NCBI GenBank assembly: GCA_050575255.1
Contig: JBNZDD010013656.1
Span: 2,819,978-2,883,977 of the forward strand
Length of the DNA: 64,000 nt
Direction of reading: 5' to 3'
Source of the DNA: Harriotta raleighana
Lineage: Eukaryota
The stretch's first letter is position 1. Each line of letters opens with the position of its first letter. Positions 39,778-51,790 of the stretch are shown one piece after another. The translations under genes were made by a program, and so were the position numbers. The notes under the pieces are model-generated. The model made no database searches. It saw only the letters and a list, made by a program, of their open reading frames with translations, and was not told the origin of the DNA.

Positions 39778-40214
39778 GCACTCTGGCAATGCGGATATTA
39801 CAACAATTAAAAGTACTTCAGAATACTTATTCATGTGTAACAACTGTTTTAAAATTACAGGACATTTAGTAGTGTCCTTTACTTTATTTATTTCCTCCTC
39901 TTTTGGAGCCAACCTTTCTGTGTGTCTTCAGAGCTACAGCCTTGAAATACCAACGGTAGACTGGAGAGCTGAACTGCAATTCTTTGCTAGTTTCCTGCCA
40001 ACCCTGGATATAAGTCGCCTGCCAAACAACATTCCATATTGTTTGCAATTTTGTCATTTATTTCCAGATCATCAGCCTCATCGTTGGTTGGGTTATTAAT
40101 TTGAAATACGTCTGCCCTGTGATTCAGGCTGGTATTCCTGCTGCTATATCAAAGAAACCTCTTGTGCAGCATAGTCTCTCATTCAGCCACCACTCTGCCT
40201 CTAATTTCCAATCT

Positions 40215-40408
40215 CAAACAAAACAATAATAAATTAGTCATTTCAATCCCCGACTGTTTCCCCAAGTGGGACTTTGCTCTGCGTAATTGGCTGCCACGTT
40301 TTACCCACATGTTTACAGTCAATTCACTTTACAGTATATTCTGTGAAGCGCTTTGAGACGTCTAGAAGACAAGAAAAGTGCTATATCAAATGCAAGGATT
40401 ATTATTTA
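40215..40408 (+). mobile_element. SINE 3' half
   Basis: Deu core and tail. Confidence 0.85.
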
Positions 40409-41659
40409 ACATGCTGTATCTACCATCATTCGCTAAAATAATGAAATCTAATCTATCTGTGCACTTTCCTCTTCTAATCTTGAATTTTGTGGTAGAGTAC
40501 ATGAACCAAAACGTGAGACCATGTTAAGCAGTTCAGTTCATCTTTACAGAGTCAATCCACTTTACAATATACAGTACTGTATTCTGTAAAGGACTTTTGA
40601 GACATTCCTATGATGTGATAATGATTATTATTACTCTTTAGGTTGTTGACAAATATAAGTTCCCACCTGAACCTTCTCTGGTATTCCCCGCTTTTCCTTC
40701 TTCACTGTTGTATATCCTGTGAAGCAATTTGAGATGTCTCAACAAAGTGATAGGATTTCCTATGTCAAATGCATGGATTATTATTTATTATAGTTTGCAT
40801 ATGGAAAAGCTCATTTTAAATCAATGGCAATCAATTTAGATGAAATCAATTCAGTTAAGTTCATTACTGTTTCTCCAAACTCCCACTTATAAATTTTACA
40901 AGCCTGAGTGTTGTTTATAGTTGGGATGTCTGTGTTCTTGGGTATCTGAGGATAACAAGCGTTCAGCCAATGCCATCACAATAGCAGCAGTTTTATAGAT
41001 TCATGTTGCTGGTAACACTAAACATCCTGGAAATGCAGTGAGCAAGAGACGTCCACAATCCTCTTATCATTGGGTTTTTAGTCCAAGTCACCTTCTCACT
41101 TTATCAGCACTTAAGGCAAAGACAAGGGCCAATTATATAAATGTCCACAGGTTAAATAGCTCCTAGGCTGAGATTTATTCAAGGGCATGACAGGCTTGAA
41201 GCACAGTAAGTGTTCAACCTTTCCAATAAAGTGATATAAATAATAATGCTTCGATATTTAACTCCTTCACAAAGTAGCTTTACATATATAGATATATATC
41301 TGTCTGGAAGCAGGATAGCAAGTTAAAGAGACTGTATAAAAATTATTTGTAGCACAATGGTTCCTGTTTTGCTGAGGATTACGACATGAGATCTGCAAAA
41401 GGCAGCAGGGCAGGAGGTTTAATAATACAGATGAATAAATATCGTGGAGTTTACTTTGGTTACATTTGCGGAACAGGGAGCTTTTGAACAGAACTTTCTT
41501 TCAGAAGTATGCCCGGGAGAATGTACATGAGTTTAGGAGGATGGAGAATCACGAGCCAATTGACCTATTTTGTTCAGTTCTTTAAAATTGCAATTGTTTA
41601 TTTTGTTTTAATGTCCAAACAGTCTTTCAATTCAAGATTCAGTAAAATACCAGCTGCAT

Positions 41660-41934
41660 CAGGGGTCTGTAATCGGTCGATCACTGCTCAATGGGGCTCT
41701 CGCGCATGATCAAAACGATAAGGGGAATGAGCAATAGAACTGCATATTGTACTTATTGAATCCAATTGAAACCGAAGCCAGAAGCACTAAGTATTTCATG
41801 CATAATCATGTTTTATGAAATAAAAATAAAAACTTTTAACGTTTAAACTGAAATAAATATCACTCCTTCCTCTTGTTTTTATTGAGTATGTGTGAGACAC
41901 TACCTCATGGCGATCAAATGGTTGGATACCCCTG
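41660..41934. mobile_element. hAT (Charlie-like) MITE, 275 bp
   Basis: Ends CAGGGGTCTGTAATCGGTCGATC and GATCAAATGGTTGGATACCCCTG. TSD AGCTGCAT / AGCTACAT (7/8). Confidence 0.75.
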
Positions 41935-42854
41935 AGCTACATGAATCTTCAGTCAAGCTGGCTTCTTTGATGATTCATGGAGCTCAGAGCTAAATGAAGA
42001 TGAGAGTGGGAGTACAGTAGTCTCATCTTTTTTGGTGTCAGTGGGATATCTGACACACGCAGAACACCCATCACCATGCTCAAAGAGTTTCCAAGCCAAA
42101 CCTAGAGTTCCTTGTATTCCACCTATACATGGAAATTCCCAAAATATTTATTGGGAATGGAATGTAAACTCTCTCCCTGGAGTGATACATTCTGATTACC
42201 TAATTTTGGAAAGATTTATAACAACGTGCACTTATATAGTGCCCTCCACGCAGGGAAGTGCCTCAGAGCACTCAGGCCCAGTTTGGCAAGAGCCCAGAGT
42301 GTGCTTTGGGATCCTGCTGGAGTCTAACCAGCTAAAACTGCACAGCTTATGATTGATGTTGCTGCCGGCAAGCTTTCCTGTTGCTTGTCCAATGAGCACC
42401 ACCCTAACCATTCGGGCTTTGGCTTACAGGGTTAACAGTAGCTGAGTGGGAGGAAACCCTGCCCCAAGTGACTAGTCTGCTCTTCTTGGTCCTACCAATG
42501 ATCCAGGCTGGCAGTGCTGTCATCCACAGTGCCCTGGAATACTGCGGACTTAGGTGGCTCAGGAAGCGGACTACTGAAACCACCATAGAGGGCTGGCTCG
42601 ATGCCAATGCCATTCCAAAGACATCCTTCAAGTGCAAACCCGTTTGATATTCCTTTTGGACTTAACCTATTTGGACAAAAGTAAAGAAACATGAAGCAAA
42701 ACCCAGAAAATCCAACCCTCCACCCCATTCCATCATATTACCACTTATACATTTGCAGATTCTATTTACAACAGTTGTTCTTTACACCATCCCATTCAAA
42801 CTTAGGTCATTCGGAGGAGAAAATATTCAGTTCATCTTTATTAGGCCTGCAGTT

Positions 42855-43095
42855 TTGGAGTCCTGTAAATAAGGGGTTAAAGAATTTGACTCTTCAACGA
42901 GATGCTCTGGGTTCGATTCGCTGGCAGGCTGAAATGTTTCCTTACTCCACACACTTCTATTTAGCGGGAAGTAGTTTGTCGATTGGTGGATTGTTTGTCC
43001 GGGATAATAATCTCTTCCAAAAAAATTAATAATAATTTTGTCACTTAATCCACGACTGTTTGTAGGACACTGCTGTGTGCAATTGTCTGCCACAT
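42855..43095 (+). mobile_element. Long-variant tRNA-SINE, partial
   Basis: ggagtcctgta...gggttcgattc head, insert and Deu core. Confidence 0.75.
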
Positions 43096-46000
43096 TTAGG
43101 AAGGTGAGAGGTAACAGAAATTCCAGCATGGATTTAACCAAGCACTTTAAATTGAATTCAAACAGAGCACATCTAGACATTCATCTCAATATGTGTGCCA
43201 GGTGAATTTAAAATGCCCCTAGCAGTTCATTAGGTTGTTACAGAAAATATGTGGTCATTACTTTCTGTTTAAGATTCAGAAATCCTACATCGGATAGATT
43301 TTTGGTGGCAGACAATTGCTTTCCACGCTCATGGACAACTGGCTAAATATCCATACAACTCCAGAGCCCTCTGAAATATGTTGTGATTTGTGGCCTAGTG
43401 GTTTATTTATCGTTACTTATTTTCTACCCAAAATGAACACTGGGAATTATTTAGGATTTTTTTCTGTGGGGCAAACTCAATCTTGCTGACAATAGCTCAT
43501 CTGCAATTGGAGGCTGAATCAGCTGTATCTGGATTCCATTGCATGAGATGAAACAGAAAAAAGTACAGTTACAGGAACTTGCCACAAGCACAACATCAGA
43601 GCATTGTGTTTTAGTCAGCTAAGCAGCTGACATATGCGGATATCCATCAAAATGCATAAGTGTATCAAAACCATACTGAGAACTCCACATATGTATCCCA
43701 CATATTCCTGGGAATTGTAATGGAAATGTCCCAGAGGAATTACCTAATTCCAGACGATATTAGGCGCAGATTGGCAAAAGTGCTGTCTGGCAAGCTTCCA
43801 ACTGCTTATCCAAGACTACCCTACACATCGGGGCTTTGGTTTGCAAGGATAGCAGCAGCTGAGTTGAAGACTCTCTGAGCCAGTGTTCCCCTCTAAGTCC
43901 TGATGGCAAAGCAGGTTACCTGGTCTACCATCAGCAATGCTCCGGAGTACTGCAGACCTGCCTGGCTCAGGAACCAGTCTACTGAGACCACCACAGATCA
44001 TTGACTCCATTCTGATACTCTATTGCCATCAACTAGGAGCTAACTTAGCTCCAAAGTGACCTGCTTACCTCCCCCAATGAAGATAGCAGGACACCAGAGC
44101 AAAGATCATACCTTGGATTAAGAAGGTCAAGCCATTTGGGAATTGTAACATAAATGAACAAATGAACACACCAACTGGCTGTAATTAACTGTCTATACAC
44201 TTGAAATACTACCGTAGTAAGGATGAGAACTGTATGAGTGTTTCCAATAGGCAGTGAGTTCAATAGTTTGGCTGATTTACTTAAGCACTTTGAGCGAAAA
44301 ATGTGAAAAGGCTGCAGTGAGATCTAGTTTCATGATTATTAACAGATGAACTAACAAGAACCGATTAATGAGGTAATCCAGTACAGAGGTTGTGAATCTA
44401 TTTGAAACTTTAGTTGGGAGGTGAGGCTCACAGTCTCTTGGCAAAGGAAAATACTTCCCTTCCAATTGTATTCAGCTGCAGAACTGTGTGATGTATAGCA
44501 TGGTTAGAACCACCACACTGCAGGTTATAACGGTAATAGTGATACATTAAATTATCATCCTATATGACTTCAGTATTCTATAATTCTTCAACTAAATAAA
44601 CTGAATTGGTCTTAACAGAGGGTTTTATTTATAATCTAGAAATTGAAATATCAAATACACAATGGTCAAGAAATACANTATATGACTTCAGTATTCTATA
44701 ATTCTTCAACTAAATAAACTGAATTGGTTTTAACAGAGGGTTTTATTTATAATCTAGAAATTGAAATATCAAATACACAATGGTCAAGAAATACAATTTA
44801 GCTCTACATATATTTGTTTTTGCGAGAGGGGCATTTGTTTTATCAATATCAAAGATGTAATTGCAATAAAAAATGTCATAATTAATTATTAATAATAATA
44901 ATTAATTGTTGATACATTGAGACAGATAATGAACTGTTGGAAGCGTGAGTGGGAAATGAAATTTATATTTAACTTTACAACTTATCTGCTTTGATGATCA
45001 AAGCATTCACAAACAACATTGTCCTTTGAAAAACATAAAGTGCAAGCATGGAAAGTATCGTTCAACCATCGGGATGTGAAATACTGCCCCTCCTATCCAT
45101 CCCTTCATTTCCTACAGGCTCGGTTACTCGGAAGGTTGCTCACCAGATTCCTAAGTTCCTCCCCACACAAGTTGCAGACTATCCAGAACTATCCTGGTTG
45201 GGGAAGAGTTAAGAAGAGGCTCCTTGGAGTTGAACTGAGGATGGGGATTCTTCATACTGAGCTCCTGTTATCCCTGAAAGACAAAGCTCTAAAGGATAGG
45301 TGGTTCTATGTGGACAAACAGTGTGTTGTATTCTCACGTGGTTTGAAATGCTACTCCTCCAATACACTTCTTTATTGTTTCCCAGATTGTCTGTGACCAG
45401 AAAATATTGCCATGTTTCATCTAAAATGGTCTTTAGTTTCTAAAATATCACTACTCAATTTCTTTCTTTCATACACTCATTCACCTCATGGTGTGTTTGC
45501 CCACAAAATACATAGGGTCACTTTATGGTATAGCCTATGAAGCCTGTTGAGACATTTCAATGATGTGATAACAAAGATAAGCATTATTATTATACTAATT
45601 ATTATTATTATCTCTAGCAGGCTAATTCTCTCTCAAAATTGTCAACACTATCTGCTCCCCTACCTCATTGGACAGTACAGGATCACAAGCCACCAATTTA
45701 AGTATATTTTTAGTTATTTTTGTCCGACCACATCAACATGTGGTAGAAACCAGATAAACAACTTGCGAGTAGTAGTTCTACCAAAAAAGTAAACCAGATT
45801 CCATCTGTCGGAAGTAATTGAACCACTTGCGTTTTGGAATCATATGAGGGCTGAGCGATGGGGATAGGTTACCATTGGACTTTGGATCCAGAAGTTTCAA
45901 ATGTGAATGCTGCCCGTTTTCATCCTGTTCTCATGGGTAAAAGTCGAGCCTTCACCTGGCAGCCTCTGACAATGAATCACTGAAGTGGGGAGCTCACTGT

Positions 46001-46909
46001 GTGGGGAATGCCAGGTGCAGGCTTCAGGCTTGTCGCTCAGGTTCAGTGTACTCTGCTGTTTCCTCGAACGAGACATGGCCCCAGCAGTAATTAAATACAA
46101 CAACAACAATGACAATTTGACAATTATACAGCACCTGTCACATCAGGAGGACGTCTCAGAATGCTTCTCACTGGCAGCCCACTGTTGAGTGAAGGAGTTG
46201 AGAAGTGGAGGGAGGTGGGATGTAAGGGAAAGTAAACCAAAGGTGTTATCAGGTGTGTGTATCTGCAATGAATGGAATCCACAATTCAACTGCCTCATAA
46301 TCAAATTCGCACTATGTAGTTGGTCCACAAAGCACAAATAATTGCATCGCTTTACAGTATATCCTGTGAAGCACTTTGATACATCTCAAGAACTTTATCA
46401 GGCGCTATATCAAATGCAATGGTTTCTATTATTATAAGTCTATTTTCGCAGAGCTACCCTGTTTTATTCTCCTATTTATTATCTTAATTGCCCTTTTCAC
46501 CTATTCTCCGCTGTGTAAGTCAATCGTAAGAAAGGGCTGTTGTTATTTAATATATTTGTTTAATATCAGAATATCAGAATTAAATATCAAAAATAATACT
46601 AGGCTCCTGACAGGGGGTTTAATCAATTATTCAATCTCAGAAATCTACTGATAATCATAAACTGCTTAAGATTCACTCTTACAGTTAGTGAAAAGCTATC
46701 CATATAGCGAACTCCACTCCAGCCATCTACTTGCATACTGTGCTTGTAGATCATTACTATCAAAACACTGGGCTAACATTACAGCCAGGAATGTATCTGA
46801 ATAGTTCAACTGTGATTTGCCAATCATTGCCAAGCTGAAACACATATAAAAAATAATATAGCATCAGAACTCACAACTTAAAAGAACTTGCACTTGAACA
46901 TACAGCACC

Positions 46910-47340
46910 TATAATAATAATCCTTGCATTTGACATTAGCACTTCATCATGTCATTGACACCTCTCCAAGTGCTTCACGGGATATACAGTAAGTACTATA
47001 AAGTGTACTGACTGTATACCTTGTGGGCTACAACGTCAGAGCAACTCAAAGCCCTTCACAGTAATGACTGTCATGATTTTTTTTAATGCAGGCAAATGCA
47101 GGATGTATTTCGCACACAGCAAAGTCCGACAAACAACCAAGAGATGAATGACCAATTTACCAGTAAGATTGGTGACCAGGACACGGAAAGAATTTCCCTT
47201 CTTTTAAATCGTGTCGTGGGATCATCAATATTTTCCTGGTAATAGGCAGAGAGGGCCTCAGTTTAACCGGAGGAACGGTACCTAGGAAAATGCTGCACTC
47301 ACCCCCATTGGTTTGAAACCCATAACCTTCAGCCACCAAT
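46910..47340 (-). mobile_element. SINE tail plus old SacSINE1-like element
   Basis: Antisense tail; cgcacacagcaaagtcc..aaacaacc, ggccagga-like body and gaaacccataaccttc head. Confidence 0.6.
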
Positions 47341-47544
47341 AGTGGAACGGAGAGAGGCCAATGGTGAGGTTTGAGCAGCAAATTTTGGAGAAGCAGCAGA
47401 GGGGAAGCAGGGGCAGGGAATGGTGCTGACATTTTTGTAGAGGCACAACAATAACAGCATCAGCAAGAGATACGGTGTAACCCAGAGCACTGAGGGATTT
47501 GAAGGTCAGGATAAGGAAACATTCACCCTTACCTCAAACAGAAT

Positions 47545-47675
47545 GCGCATCAATCTCCGATGATATATGATAGGTAAAGAGCAGGGGAGTGAGAATAATT
47601 GAATACCTCTTTCACAGAGCCAGAACAGGCACGATGAGCTGAATCGTCTCCTTCTGTGCTGTAAGATTCCATGAT
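47545..47675 (+). mobile_element. CR1 3'UTR fragment
   Basis: caggcacgatgagctgaatcgtctccttctgtgctgtaagattccatgat. Confidence 0.65.
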
Positions 47676-48199
47676 GGGCAATATGATTTCACCAGTCCCA
47701 GACCATGATATTGTTTTGGTTGTTTTGCAGAATCACTCGAGGAACAAATTCTGTGCACCCATGTTAACACCATTAACATTGTGTTTCATAAAATTGCAGG
47801 GGCTCAAGCTTGTTTTGCTCTAATTTAATACTGTAAATTAAATGGTCTGTCAATGGTCTTTATAAAGCAGAGTGTGTTCTGATAGTAGGTAATACATACT
47901 CCAGTCCCTTCAGACAGTTTCAGTGCCACAAGGCCTGAGTGCTCTTAGGAGCTGCTTTTTTCCATCCCACTCCACACAGCCCTGGAGATACACCAGTTGT
48001 ACTGTGGTTATCATTAGATTGTTGTGGTGATTGTCATGGACTTATAAATAGCTGCATCCGTCCTCCTGAATTGAAAGACGCTTTATAAATGTAATTTTGT
48101 TGTTGTTGTTGTTGTTGTTGCATCAAGTGTTAAAACACCAGACAGCGACTACACTTGCCAGACATGTTCTTCTAATCATTTTGTGCAGTTCCATTGATT

Positions 48200-48505
48200 A
48201 CAAAAACAACAACAAAATGACATGTAGAGAGTGTCTTTCATCGTGGGAGGACGTCCCAAGGCGCTGAACAGTCAGGGGTCAGGATCCGAGCATGTGGGAG
48301 AGGCAGGGTAGGGGGCGAATGGGGAGAGAGGTGGGATGGCGACAGGAGGCACGATCCAAAAGGAGGGTCTTGAGAGTGGCCTTGAAGGGTAAGGAAGGAA
48401 GTGAGGCAAAGGGACTGTGGGTTGGACTGTGGGTAGAGAGGCTGACAGCCTGGCCACTGATGGTAGGGTGGGTCGAGCAGGAAACATGGAGTCTGCTGAA
48501 TGGAG
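48200..48505 (-). mobile_element. L2 3' end
   Basis: Closely resembles 29028-29362. Confidence 0.85.
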
Positions 48506-49877
48506 GGGGTGGAGATTATTAAGGAGACAGCTACTCGATTCTAACAATCTGTATCTATGAATGGGTTCAAAATACAGTCGTTCCTTCCCCTTTAATCCAT
48601 TTCCTTGAAATACCCCCACATTTAACCCACTGACATCAATTTTTAAACAATATTAAATATTATTTCATTATTAAAAAATCCACTGAGAAGCCACACTATT
48701 TTTTAAAAAAAATTTAAGGAAGTAACACAAAGAGGTTGTTAGTTTTTTTTTGCATTGTTTTGTGCAAAGCTTCAACCTCAAGAATGTTCTAATGGAGGTG
48801 ACTCAGTTATCCACTCAGTTTCAGTGCTTTGGGACATCCTCCTGACGTGAAACGCGCTTTATAAATGTAATTTAGTTGTTGTTCTTATCCTCCATTTGGT
48901 TTCATGCTGGTTCTCTCGCATTACATTCGCTCCAGGGTTAGAAGGTTTGTTGGCATCTCCTGGTTAAATTTAACTGCAGCACAAGCAAAGCTATAATTTG
49001 GAAAGTTTTTCAACCCAATCTAGTCAAGACAATAAAAGCAATATTGCTTTCCCCTCTCACACAAACTTCTTTCCTATTTTTCCTCAAACAACAACAACAA
49101 AATTACATTTGTAAAGCTCCATTCACGACAGGAGGACATCCTAAGGCACTGAACATTAATCATTCACTCCATGACTGTTTGTGGATATTCCTGTGAGCAA
49201 ATTAATTGTCCTGTTTACCTGCAAAATGCAATAATACAATTTACACCTATTCAAGTTGGGAGGACCTCTCAAAATGCTTCAAAGCAGTTGGACACATCGA
49301 ACAAGGGGAAAAACACAATACACAGTCACAATATTTTACAATGAATCCTGTGAAACAAATTGAGACATTCTCCAGATGTAACAAGGATTATATCAAATGC
49401 AAGCATTTTATCTTCAGTCCTTTATTTTGTTATTTTTATCTTGAGCCCTTATGGCTACTTAGTCCCACTTGTCCTCCCTCAGCCAGGAGCCTGGCAATTA
49501 AGAATTCCTGTTTGATTAAGTTCCTATCGTGCTGGAACCTCTCAAAGCGCTTCGCAGGTCACTGTTGTCAAGCAGAGTGATTGTATATCTTTAGTCCAAT
49601 GTTAAAGCTACTTTGTGCACAAAATCCTTCAAACCGCCATGGCCTATTCATCTGTGGTACACTGGCTTGGAAACCCGCTGGAAATCCTCTTTCTTCAGCA
49701 ATCCTAACACTGTACTGTGACCTTAAGTGCCCAACGTGGGACTACAAATGGACTGAGGAGACTTTTTTGTTAGCACAACTGCCACAGTTGTGCAAATAAA
49801 ATTGTATTAAAAATGCAATTTTTTTTCCTCTGCCTGGTAAGATTCTCCACCACAGTTATAGTCACACACCAGCAGCA

Positions 49878-51790
49878 CAACAACAACCTGCATTTATTTA
49901 GCGTCTTCACATAGGGTAGTGTCTCGGAGCTCTCCACGTTGGTAGAGTCTGATAAAGGCCAGGAGGAGAGGGAGGTTGGAGGTGACCGCAAGCACGATCA
50001 AAATGGAAGTTATTTAGGGAGTATTTGAAGATGGGGAGGGAAGGGGCAAGTAGAAGGTATTGAGGGAGAGATTCAGTTCATAATGGCTGAAGGCACAAAC
50101 ACCGATGGTGGAATGGAGGGGACGAGAGACAAACAGTAGGTTTGAGCCATCCGAGCGGAGGCTGTGGGTGGTGGAATGTGGGTGCAGGAAGGGGTAAGCA
50201 AGTAATAATAATAATAATATTCCTTGCATTTGATATAGCTCTTTTCACATCTTATTGATGTCTCAATGTGCTTCACAAAATATACTTTAAAGTGAAATGA
50301 TTGTATATTTGTGGGCAAAACACAGCAGCCAATTGCGCACAGTGTCCCATAAACAGTTATGGATTGAAATGACCAATTTTATTATTGTGGTTTTTTTGGA
50401 GGGATTATTATTAGGCGTGTGGAGTAAGGAAACTTGCCCAAGGTTTCGCCCTGATCTGCCTGGATTTGAACACAGGTCTCATGCTTGTAAGGCAAGTGCT
50501 CTAATCACTGAGCTGCAGGAGCTCCACAGTAGAACAGTTAGGGAGGTGATTGTGAGTGATTGAAAATGAGTGAGAGGATCTTGAAATCAATCCCTCTACT
50601 GCAGCTGCATTGTGTTTAAAGTACGGATGGAGGTAGGCAATGTGGCAGAGGTGGAAAAAAGTGGTCCTGGTCAAGGAATGGATGTGGGGTAGAAGGGAAA
50701 GCTAGGGATCAAACCTGATGCCTAAGTTGTGCATTCAGTGAGTCTGAGGAAAAGTCTAGCGAGGTTGAGGAGTTCAAAGAGTATGGCTTCCGTCTTGTCA
50801 ATATTCAGCTGTAGGAAATTTTTGCTCATCCAGGCCTTGTTGTCCGTCAAACAAGCTGCCAGGACATCAGTGGACAGCAGCTGGAAGGAGAAGCAGATAT
50901 GAGTGTCATCTGCAGCCATGTGGAAGTTGACCCCCATTAATTGCAGATTACACTGCTGAAAGGGAGTATGTAGATGTGGAAAGGAAGGGGCTTAAGGGTA
51001 GAGCCTTGTGGTACCCTGCAGGTGACCGGGCAAAGGCGAGAGGAAAAACTGGATGAAAAAGCCGAGATGATGGCGTAGTCAACTGTGTCAAACGCAATGG
51101 AGAGGTCAAGGAAAATGCGGAGACAGAGGGAACCCTGTCACAGAAGAGAGAGAGGACCTAATTTGTTACTTTAACGAGGGCTGTGTGCGCACTGTGGGCA
51201 GGACAAATACTGGACTGGAGGGATTTGAGTAGGGAGTGGAGGGCAAGTCGTGAGTCCCGGGATCCGTTATTGTGAAGTGCTCTGAGACACTGTCCGCCAT
51301 GGAGGGCACTAGATAAATTGAAGTTGTTGTTGTTGAAACTTACAAAATTGTTTCTTTGTAACAACACATTCCATGGCTTTGGCCAGGAAGAGCAGGTTTA
51401 CAATGGGCAGTAGTATGCAAAGGGATCATGAGTAGGTTTTTTTTAAAAAGGAGAGGGATGATGACAGCTGTTCTGAGTAGGAGTGTGACTGAACCTGAAA
51501 GGAACTGATTTATCATGTCTGCCAGCAGTGGGATGAGGAAGGGAAGTTGAGTGGCCAGAAGCTGCGTGGGGAGGGAGTCAAGGCAGCAGGTGGTGGGTTT
51601 TATCTGGGTTTTAGAGAATGGAAGGGAGGAAGAGAGATAGGACACAGGAGTGTAGTTTGGGGCCATGGTAGGAGCTGTGGGTGATGGAGAAGGAATGGAA
51701 GGTGGGGTGTGGACAGGTGGACGTGGGACAGGAGGGGGAGGAGTGTCTACCAGGCAGATGTTAAAAAAAATCCAAGACCTCTTTGCATTT
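49878..51790 (-). mobile_element. Large decayed L2 (RT) with nested SINE (50202-50528, -) and a + strand L2-type tail (51250-51335)
   Basis: Minus-strand motifs KPTTCCLDSLPTQLL, HTALVKVTN, LDLSIAFDTVD, FHMAADDTHI and LQLNIDKTEAILF. Confidence 0.88.
50202..50528 (-). mobile_element. Full-length tRNA-Deu SINE
   Basis: Antisense of the 10213-10545 consensus. Confidence 0.92.

Larger units (their letters stand above)
32565..39800 (+). other. CREB5: Putative long CREB5 3'UTR
   Basis: AT-rich, with no copy of the young tRNA-SINE seen between ~28350 and ~40215. A U-rich block at 39520-39770 ends in AATAAA. The end point is inferred, not shown. Confidence 0.6.

Noticed and set aside
42540-42590. 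SAM-domain-like reading (VSV..FL..L..QY) on the minus strand
   Set aside because: The rest of the SAM pattern is missing, the paralogous copy has a stop, and no splice structure is evident.
44036-44052. Perfect palindrome GGAGCTAA-C-TTAGCTCC
   Set aside because: An 8-bp arm is expected occasionally by chance in 64 kb and has no supporting context.
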